Source: Anthoceros angustus (Eukaryota; Plantae; Anthocerotophyta). From it: a stretch of DNA of 64,000 nucleotides. The position numbers and the translations under genes were made by a program. Shown here piece by piece: positions 44,183 to 53,892 of this stretch (its first letter is position 1; each line of letters opens with the position of its first letter). The stretch spans positions 62,001-126,000 of the forward strand of contig MU008166.1 in the NCBI GenBank assembly GCA_010909165.1, in the 5' to 3' direction. The notes below the pieces were generated by a model that did not search any database, had not been told where the DNA came from, and was given only the letters and a program-made list of their open reading frames with translations.

Positions 44183-46702
44183 CAGACTTTTGGTTGATGT
44201 TGATCCCTAGCTATGACATCATGGGAACAATAGGTAATGGTCGCTCTAGTATCTATCTATAAAGCATATTTCTCCAACTCCCAAAGGCGCTTTGAGGATT
44301 TTCTTCCACACCACATTGGTGTAGATTGGAGCATATATCTCAGATAGTACATAGAGATTTTTGTGAAATGCATATGAAATAAGTTTTTCATTTCTACAAA
44401 TGATATTTCTAAAGTATCTTATTTTCTTATTATGCATCATATACATATATTTTCTTCATCTAAGTAAATGTAATAGAATTATGCAACTCCAACATGCAGA
44501 GAATATTCTTTTATTATAAGAGAAACACGAGACCTAAAACAAGTGATGTTAAATCAAAGTGTAGAGTGACGAAGCCATTCTTGTATTCCTTAACTTCACG
44601 CTTTCTACCTATGTATTAATGCAATTGGGGTCTCTTTGGCACATTTTTGTTCCTTTAAATTGGAAAAGGTCGCTTTCTACCTATGTACCTAAGCATATCG
44701 AGATCATCTAATCATTATGCTCTATATATGTGAGCATAGGAGACCTAATAGGACCAAAGTATCCTGTCTCAAAGTATTTTGCGGCTATCCAAGGCATCGG
44801 CTCCTCTCCGACCTATCTGGCTAAGGCAATATGGCGCCATCAGGCTTTAGAGTCGGTAGCATCCGCCTTCTTATCTTGGCCATCCTATTAGTGGGGTTTG
44901 GAAGTCTAGAATTCAACCAGAGTATTCCCCGCCTCCTCCGCTACCTTGCAACACAAACACGCTTGAACTCTCCTCCGCCCGGTTTTCAACTCCACAGCAG
45001 AGGAGATCTGGCCACCTTCCTCGGAGAGGGATGCATGATTGGCTTCACCGAGTAGGAGAATCCTTGCACGGGTGAGGTAGCCGGGTCCGCAATCTCAACA
45101 TGGTGACACTCGCGCGGCGTGTGGACCGCCAAAGACGTATTGGCCTCTCAACCCGCACCGAGCTCATCTCGCACCTCTTTCGGGCGGAGCTACCTTGTGG
45201 ATTTCAGTGTGACGCCACCAAAGACGTTGTCTTTGATTCTAGATACCGGAGCGACCTTGTGGACGCAGCGTACCGTCGTCGGTGCTGGCGATGGATCCCT
45301 TGTTTGAGCCGGGTTGTCGCCATCTTACGCCAATGTTTCTTACGCGCGATGTAATCTAGTTCCAGCTCCTCTTTGGACCATTGGCGTGTGATGATGTGAA
45401 TCAACAGCTTGCTGGCCCGATGCGGCGCTTCTTCCACGTCTGGCCTCGCCTCGAGCGGTGACTCTCAAGTCCGCCGTCGAGGAGGTGCGACTCGGATGTG
45501 GAGATCCTGTGGTAGTCTTTGGGTGTGGAATTCCAACGCAGGAAGCTTCGGGATGGCGGACGGTATCACGGGTCTCGGCGGGGCCTCTTTCCTTCCCGCA
45601 GATTGCGGCTCCATACGGGACCAAGTTCTCGTATTGCTTGATGGATTTCGTGGAGCCCACCACGACCAAGTCTTTTATCATGTCTGGGAGCACGGTGTGA
45701 TCTTGGAGCATAAGGCGTTCGTGGACAAACATCATGTGGAGTACACAAGGCTGGTGGAGAACAAGGGGCTCCACCGAATATTATGTGCGGATTGTGAATG
45801 TTTCATTGGCGGGAAGGAGGTTCCCATCACCTGCCATTCGCCATCAACAATGGGTCCGGTGGACGTTCTTTGACTCGTGTCACCATCACGTACTTTGTGA
45901 CCGAGGCCTACAATGCCATAATCAGCGTTTGAGAAAGTCATCGACTATCCCGGTTATAATCGACGATTGTGCCTCCTCTTGCTCTATGCTTGAGGCTCGT
46001 GGTGATGTGGGAAGCTTGAAATTGCCGCTCGAGCTTGGAATTGAGGGTGGAGCCGTCTTCGCACCGCCGAGACCAACTTGTATGTGGAGGTAAAGTATGG
46101 AATCAAGTGCTTAGCTATTGGCATGCGGTCGGCCTGCACCAACGTCCTGGAACCTCATCCAAATGTAATTTTCTTATGGTTCACGATAGTAGCGTAAAGA
46201 GGGTTGGTTTTGCAAAAGGCGATTGTGCCTTTGTAGGCTCTCTTTGCAAGAGCCGATTGTTTCTGAGGAGCTTTGTAGGATATCTCTCTAATTGCTAGAG
46301 CCGATTAAGACTATGCAACTCTATAGGCTCTCTCTTTGCAAGAGACCAGTCGCTTTTAGCGTGTTCTTTCTATAATTGCAATAGCTGATTGTTCAGCTTG
46401 TGGGGTTTCCTCTTTATAATTGTAAGAGTGGTACATGCAGCCTTGACGTGGCACTCTCTTCAATTGTAATGGGCGATGGTGCGCTTGTAGGCTCTCTTTA
46501 ATTGCAAGAGCTTTATTTTGCAGCTTATGATGTCTACAAGGCAAGCTTAAGGCTCTACTGCTTACATTTCCTTGCGCAACACGAGAAATTTAAATCTCCA
46601 AGTTTGTGCATAGAAAGTTGAGTATGCCTTTCCTTGGTCCAATGAGCGAACGTGGCAGTGGACGCATCAACTATAGACTCACAGGCTCTCATTGAATTGA
46701 TA
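44008..46702 (+). repeat. Copy 2 of the ~2.7-kb direct duplication
   Basis: See 36219-38926. Confidence 0.95.
44831..46236 (+). pseudogene. A1-family aspartic protease, copy 2; frameshifted in this sequence
   Basis: MAPSGFRVGSIRLLILAILLVGFG... followed by the same motifs as copy 1 (TLSLILDTG, VFGCG, KFSYCLMDFVEP, YYVRIVNVS, KRVGFAKGDC). Confidence 0.85.
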
Positions 46703-48296
46703 AGACATATCCCCTAAACCTTTCGCAAAAAGCTCTCTTCAAAGCCTCAAAGGTGATGGGGGGTGTGGAAGAGGCGAGATACTCCCGTTCGTACCACTTG
46801 GCCACCGTTCTCGCAAGACTCCATAGAACAGCTGGGCACGTTGCGCATCCCCTACCTCCTGGTTGGCAAGCGTCAACTACTCAAAACGCTCGGCAAACTC
46901 GTCAGGATCCTCGTGGCCTTTCTTTTCTCCATACAGTGGGTGTGGTTGCTTAGTGGTAATAACTACCGGAGTAGTAGTCATAACTACCGTGGTAGTACTC
47001 TCAGTGACTGCGGTAGTGGATACAACTACCACGTCTGGACTGACTTCCACACCCACAAAGTTTGACTGGACTGAAGCTGGTCGGGGCAATCGGGAACGGA
47101 GATCAAAAAACGAGTTCTGGTTGGGGTACCTGGGCCCTTGTACCTCCTCCGTAGCCGAGAGTTGGGAGTCTGGCTCGAATAGGATCCGACCCTCGATTCT
47201 AGGCTGACTCCTTGTTCCTCTTCCTCATCCAGCAGGTGTGGCCTCCCACTGCGCCCTTTTTGTGACTCTCTGCAACCTTTCTGCTGCTTGGCGTTGTCGC
47301 TTTGCCAGGGGCGTTTCCCCACAGTCAGACCCAGAGTCGCTTGTCTTCACCCGAGGCATCCATCTATCAACCTATTTATATCTAAACTCTGTACTTAGTA
47401 TTGTTAGTCCTACCTACGTCCTTGACAGCAGTTTCATACCCCGGCAACGGCGCAAAAATGTGGGGTGTAAACTTGTGTCTAGGGACACCGTGAGGTCCAC
47501 ATTCACCCTCAATGTCGTTGTAGGCCTAGGATTCTCTCCCAAGGGCATGGTTTGTGCCAAGGAACGCTAACTTCTATCGCTACTAACCTTCATCTAAGTT
47601 AGGACTTACCTGCTATCACTCCCCTTACCTATCTACTCAACTACCACTACCTTCCGACTGGTCTAACTGCCATAGGTCTTATTCCACAACCCCCGTCTCC
47701 GGGCAGCTATCGCGGTAGCTCTCACCACTACCGAGTAGTTGCTACGACTACAGGGGTGGGTCCCACACCAAACCCTAGCAACTTATTTCTGTCGCAGGGC
47801 ACCGTGGATCCCTGCCATGGATGGCTACCACTGCTCACAGATCAGACTTTATTTGCACTCCACACTCCATGCACACACTGATTCCAGGGACCAAAGTTCC
47901 TCGGATCCCTCACACCCGCTTCACACACACACCAAGGGCGCCACGCCCACACAATTCCACCAGGGAACACTGTTTCCTCTTGTGCACACTTCCACTGACA
48001 ACACCGGTTTGGATTCTCTTCGATCCACATAAATCTCCACTGTTAGTTTCTCAATTAGTTCTCCTTCTCTACTCCCCTTTCACGGTCTCACACCTCGCAT
48101 CGCGTACAGTGTTCAGTCACTCCTTCACCCAATCTTCTTCCTCTCCCTCGATTCGCTTCACCCAATCTTCTCTCTCTCTCTCTCTCTCTCGATTCGTCCC
48201 TTAGGCTTCCAACCACACTCACAAGCACTCTCTTAATTTTGGAACACAACCAATAGAAAAAAAGGGCAAGGGAAAGAAGAATTCTAGGGCATCACA
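46703..48296 (-). mobile_element. Truncated Ty3/gypsy (Athila/Tat-type) LTR retrotransposon: 5' LTR, PBS and gag 5' part
   Basis: On the minus strand the LTR runs TGTGATGCCC(48296)...CACA(47459), followed by TTTTTG(G)CGCCGTTGCCGGGG (tRNA-Asp-type PBS, 47439-47454). The gag from ATG 47359 contains KKGHEDPDEFAERFE.LTLAN...D.QRAQLF..VL and is cut off at 46703. Confidence 0.8.
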
Positions 48297-48801
48297 GCAA
48301 GCGTTACGAGCAAGCTCCAGACCCGCCCCGCGCCAATCCCTCGATTTCCTCCTCCGTTGTCAGCGGGGAGCGCTTAATCACCCTCCTTCCGCCGGTTGCG
48401 GAGCAAGCTCTCGACCACCAACACCATAAATTTTGAAGGGGGGGAATATACAAACCCCCTTCCAGGAAAAAATAACCCCTTTGACGGAAAAGGCACCATC
48501 CTCAAATTGCGGAAAATGGCTGGTTTGAGAATACAGACACCATCCGTATATACAAACCCATAGCAGAACACCAAACTGAACAGACATCCTCTACACGAAC
48601 CCCACATGACGCCGGCCGGCCGGCGCCATTGCGGATTGCAAACAAAGCAAAGCGTAACACCAAAATTTCAGAAAAGTCACATCGTGAAATTTAAAAGGTT
48701 CGGAAACATCCGGAACATGCAGGTGTTCTCATATTGGCAAAACTGGCAAAGCTAAACACCTACTCCCGCAAACTGCACAGGGAGATTTTGCTTATCAGCG
48801 T

Positions 48802-51800
48802 CTACAGTGTTCTATCGTGAGGGCTTACATGAGAGTCGACCATTTCATCCACCGCAACTGAATCTACAACAAGTGCCAAATTACGCAAGCGCTCCATCTC
48901 CTGTGCGTCAAAGCTATCATTCTCACCTAAAGCCTGCTGGTCTTCATTGATATCGTTTTGGGTGTCGCCGCTTAGGTCGCCGCCATACAAAGATCCAATG
49001 TCTGCTGTCCATCACCATAAGTTCGCCGGTTGTCGTCTTTAACCTCTTCGCACTCAATGCCACAACTTGGGCTTTCAAGCGCTCTTCACTAATACAAACC
49101 TCGCCCAGAATCGAGATGGTCCTCTCGGCGGCTCAAAAGTGAACTCGTCTCAGACGGCAAGACATCAACACTGTATGCGCTGCAATGTAACTCGCGATCT
49201 CAAGTCCGCCTATTGCAATATACGCCACACAACAACGCAGCCTAGTGTCGTAGTCCCACCGCTCGAGCATGCATCAATAACCCGCCTCCTTGGAGAATGT
49301 CCTCACGAGTTTCATCATAAGACCCAATGGTCTCTGGTATGGGCACACTACCAACTTGTCATGAGACAGGTAAACCTGTTTCTTGACGACAGTAGGGTGT
49401 CCAATAACGGATCTTCCATTGTTGAAGGTCCCGTGCATCACATTGGGCATCATGGCAGCCCTGTCCTTCGCACATCCATCTTTCACACCCCATCCAACTG
49501 TAACGTATTCCACAGTCTCAAATCCGCCTCTGTCGTTGTTCATGTTAGTCTTATCCCAGATGAATGATACTAAGCCGCCTTTGGCACACCACTTCCGCAT
49601 AGCCTCCCTTACCGTATGGGCTTCTTCAACACCATGCATGACGATAATGAAGTCGTCATTTTCCGCTTTCTCCGAAACTTTGAAACACAAAGACCCATCA
49701 TTGATAAATCCATTCGCTTGTCCATTGGCCCGATGTCAAATCCACGGGGACATCCATGACTAGAAGGGTGTATTTCCTTCCCCTCAAAAACCCACGCATG
49801 TCCGTAACGCTATGCTTTTCCACTAATCGACCTGCTTTCTCACCGACGGAACATTGAAAACATGGAGTCCTTCTTCCAAGTCCTTGTCCGCCAAAGCGCG
49901 CTGTTCATTCTCTAGGCCCTTCCAGTTATTGATCTCGAAAATAAAATGCCGGAAATCGTCGGGCAGCTTTGTCAAGACCTCCACATCCTTTAGTTGCTGC
50001 CACAACAACAACCTGTTAGAATGCATAGACTGGATCAAGCGCTACACAACTGCTATGCAGTGGATGAGGCGCCGGCCGGCCGGCGCCCCCCACGCCAGCC
50101 CACCGCGGTGGAGGGGAAGGGGGCGCCGCCGGCCGGCGCCCTCATCGCCAGCGGGAGCATGAAAGAGGAGTGGGCGCCACCGCCGGGCGCCCAAATTGAA
50201 CATGGAAAGAAGGTCCGGGAAAATGGCTTACCTTTCCAAATGCCGCTTTGAATCGCGCAAGCATTTGATCGATTGAGTCTTTGGGGATACTCGCCGAACC
50301 TCTTCAAAAGACGAGCAACCAAGGTGTTTTGCCATCGCCACTTGAATAATATGAGATTTCTTCCGAAGAGATATATCGTCATCCATTCCTTTCAGGTCAA
50401 TGAGACCTGCCAACACTTTCTCCGTAGCGGTGATAAGTATCTGCTGCCCACACTCCCCCACTGGAATCCCTTGAAATGATTTCCAAGGCTTTGCAAGCAT
50501 ATCTTTTGGCTTCACATAAACAGAGTCTATTTTGTTGGCCTCCTCGGCCACTTTCCGCTTCACCTTGCTCTTCTTGCTTGTACCTGCTATCACATGCTTC
50601 TTCTGTTCTGGCAACTCTCCTGCTTCCCACTTGGTAAAAATCTTGTCTACATTTTCCCATACCCTACCCTCTTGTTTCGCAATGCATAAAATATGGGTCC
50701 TGTTGTCAACCTTGTTCTGTTTATAAACATCATCCTCCCGTGCTTCATCATCCTCAATAAGACCCAACACCTTGTACAGGTTGAATTTCCATGTCATGGT
50801 CATCTGCACAGCATCCCGTTTCGCAATAATCAATTCATCCCTCAAATACCTCACCTGCTCTATAAAATTCATCTTCCGGCGCTTATCGGACATAGTATTA
50901 TGGTCCGTGGCGAGGACTCGCATCTCTTGTACGTTGAGACCACAGTACACATGAGCCTCCACATATTGAAACCGCTTCTTCAAGAGATATCCGCAAGATC
51001 CCGTTTCGCAATAATCAATTCATCCCTCAAATACCTCACCTGCTCTATAAAATTCATCTTCCGGCGCTTATCGGACATAGTATTATGGTCCGTGGCGAGG
51101 ACTCGCATCTCTGTACGTTGAGACCACAGTACACATGAGCCTCCACATATTGAAACCGCTTCTTGCCCGGAGAGATGTCTGCAAGATGCTTCATTGCCGC
51201 ATAAGTGTGGTTTCCTCCAAGTACTCCCATGACATATTTTTTGGCCCTGAATCTCTGCCAGTCTAGCTTTTCCATGTCATCACACTCCGCAGGATCAATC
51301 ATACATAATAAAGGCAAAACGCCTTCTTCAATCCTCCCTTTTGATATAACACGCGCCAATAATTAGCCCATGCTTCATCAACCCTGCGTATCTGTGCATC
51401 TGGTGTAAGGTATGATGCCGGTCGAAGGTTCTCTAATTTCACCAGGACTGTTTCCAATACCACTTTCTTCGCATATGCTGCTTCTCTGACCCGTGTCAGG
51501 GGGTCTTCAACCTGATAGCCTCCGCAATCCTCTCCTGATCTGTTGTAACATGAACAGTGGGAATCTCACCCACATTTTCCACCCTCTGCAGTTTGTCCCT
51601 TCCTCTTTGCTTTTGCCTTAGGAGGGTCCTCGCCGTCATTCCTTCTTCTCCCATCTCCTTCAAAAACGACACCTGCCTTCCTTTTCCCCTTCGTCCCTAC
51701 CGCCTCCCAGCCTTGGTTAGCATGAGAGGGCGCCGCCGGCGCCTCGCCTCCTCATGCGGAGCCGTGAGGGCGCCCGCCGGGCGCCCGCCGGCGCCAGTCC

Positions 51801-52150
51801 CTCTCCAACTTCCAAAACCGCGGGTCGGTCGGGCCTGACTGGCGTGGGGCGCCGGCCGGCTGGCCGGCGCCCCTCTACCTCGTCGAGCCCAGTCTGCAAC
51901 CCCCGGGGGGTTTCATAGGGCATGAAAACCCCCGCATCCATGTCCTCCTGCTGCGCATCTGAATGCTCTTCATCGAGTGTCCGAGGACATCAGGTATCGG
52001 GCCATAGTCTTCATCCTCCGGGCCAAACTCAGTACCCTCCTCGTTCTCACTGTCCTTCTCTTCCTCCTCATCCCGCACCTCGGCTCTGCGCGCTACGTGA
52101 CCTCCTGGCCGCATTTAATCGCTTGGGTGATTTCCGCACACAACGTCCTT
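48802..52150 (-). CDS. ParB/Srx-like domain fused to a beta-class N4/N6 DNA amino-methyltransferase; intron-containing, frameshifted in this sequence, 5' end uncertain
   Basis: ParB/Srx: VKLENLRP...QIRRVDEAWANYLARVISKG...LPLLCMIDP...VLGGNHTYAAMKHL...EAHVYCGL...LATDHN (GGNH at 51207-51218), followed by KMNFIEQVRYL. MTase in beta order: motif IV YTLLVMDVP-x-GF (49746-49754), SFIWDKTN, VEYVTVGW, CPYQRPLGLMMKLVRTFSK, and motif I IDACS-SG-GTTTLG (about 49245-49280). GT-AG intron 50013-50231 joins ORFs 50228-50983 and 49823-50038 exactly in phase; a second candidate intron is at 51712-51878. Confidence 0.75.
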
Positions 52151-52287
52151 ATGAATGCATTCCCCATCACAGATCCCTGCACAATGAACAACGCTCACTG
52201 TTAAAGGCCAGAGACAGGCGGAAAGCATAAAAAACGAAATAGGGTAAGGTTTGCGAATACCGATTGCTCCCACCTCAGCATTCTAAA

Positions 52288-52941
52288 TCAAAAGAAAGGT
52301 TCGCATTTCTTGATAACAAGGTTGTTGAACCTGATCTCGAAAGCTCTGTACAGCTCGGGACCGTGGGGCACCGCATCGAATTCTTGAGGCCTTGTAATGC
52401 ACAGTAACTGTGCTACTGGATCCCCATTTGACATGTCCAATGTTGCCCACACTAGCCATCCTGCCCTTGCTCGTTGATTTGGCAGTGCATCCTTGTAACC
52501 CATAATCCACAGCTTGTACAAAGGCGTCCAAAACATACTCTCGTCTTCTGGTTCAGGATCCTGAACAACCATCCAATCCTTGTCCAGGATCTTCACTGCA
52601 TCCATCTGTGCTCCAAGGCCGAATGTAAACTCTCCTCGGTCAGAGGGGATGGAATAGGAGCCACCTCTTCCCACCCTTTCCCTTTCTCCATGGCCTCCTC
52701 GATTTTGTTGTGCTTTGCCTCGCCAACCCAGCCTCGACTGAGTGCCCTCCTCATGGAAGCCCGCTCCCATGGCATGTCCTCCCAAGACAGAGGTCTTCCT
52801 CGCAAATCTCCAGATGCGCCTTCTCGCCAACGGCCTTTGCTTTCCGCCGCTGCTCCGTGACAGCTCGGGGATCCGCCCGGCCGCTCGATCCTTCTTGCTT
52901 CTTCTTCCCATCGCCATCACCTGCACTTCAATACTAGCCAC
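52288..52941 (-). CDS. Hypothetical protein upstream of the ParB-MTase gene (probable internal frameshift)
   Basis: 217-codon ORF whose C-terminal half is complex, globular-looking sequence (GEFTFGLGAQMDAVKILDKDWMVVQDPEP...WLVWATLDM...PELYRAFEIRF). No family recognised. Confidence 0.4.
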   Translation of the reverse strand: MASIEVQVMAMGRRSKKDRAAGRIPELSRSSGGKQRPLARRRIWRFARKTSVLGGHAMGAGFHEEGTQSRLGWRGKAQQNRGGHGERERVGRGGSYSIPSDRGEFTFGLGAQMDAVKILDKDWMVVQDPEPEDESMFWTPLYKLWIMGYKDALPNQRARAGWLVWATLDMSNGDPVAQLLCITRPQEFDAVPHGPELYRAFEIRFNNLVIKKCEPFF

Positions 52942-53062
52942 TTCAGAGGGCCCTTCCTTCTCTGCTAATTAGCGTCCGCAATTCTACCACAAAGACGTCA
53001 ATTCGTGCACAAAGCAGTGGAAACCTGGAAATGGAGAGAACCCTGAGAAGCTCTGAGAAGTT

Positions 53063-53317
53063 TGAAGGATCGTGTGGCAGCACATGATGGTGGAAAGAGG
53101 AGAGGAGAGGAGAGGAGGCAAGTGTAACTCTCTCTCATTGAGATGAGGCTTGGAGGGTATTTATACCCTCCAATATTCCCTAGAAGCTCCACAAGAAGCC
53201 CCTAGAAGGAGCACAAGAAGCTTCGTAATTAGCTTAAGCTAAACTAATGATACTTAACGACACCTAACTTAGACTAAGTGTATTAGTCTAAGTACATTGG
53301 GCTTTAATACCCTTACA
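53063..53317 (-). mobile_element. Solo LTR (255 bp) with perfect 5-bp target-site duplication
   Basis: TG...CA termini flanked by AAGTT (53058-53062) and AAGTT (53318-53322); TATAAATA on the minus strand at 53158-53165. Confidence 0.9.
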
Positions 53318-53892
53318 AAGTTCGTGCTCCCCTCGCCCAATTTGACCGCTCAGCCGCAATCTAGGGGTTCGTGATGGCGCTGCTCCAAGTCTCCTCCGAG
53401 GCGACTCACACCGCTCCCTCTTGCACAAAAAGCTCGCCAATTGCTCGCCGCTTGAGTGACCACTGGTTGCGCTCCACTCCGGTTTTGTTTGGCCCTGAAA
53501 CCTTGCTATCTCAAACGCCTCGTCGTACCCCGTTCAGATTTCCACTGCTTAAGCGCTTACATTTAGGGTTTACCGGTTACTCCTACTAACCAATGGGTTC
53601 GAACCCCGGTAGGAACATTATTAACACCGCCATCTTGTACATACAGCTTAACGTCTACCACTTTCTCCTATTGCGTTTGGGTTTATTTTAATCACCAAAC
53701 ATAATGACTTTCCCACTTGCCCTCGCACCGCAAAACATTAGGAACTTAACGACGTTTTCATGAAGAATGGTTTTATATGGTCGGTGACTGTAATGCCGGA
53801 AACGGCCTCCATGGAAGGCTAATACGTTCCAACCTATCTACTGTTGAAAGGAACCTTGCCTTCTTTCATTCCCTCCACCGCCGTCCAACCTC

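Noticed and set aside
48802-52150. Bacterial contamination as the source of the ParB-MTase gene
   Set aside because: An in-phase GT-AG intron with a CTAAC branch site and flanking plant LTR elements indicate nuclear residence; read-level confirmation is still advisable.
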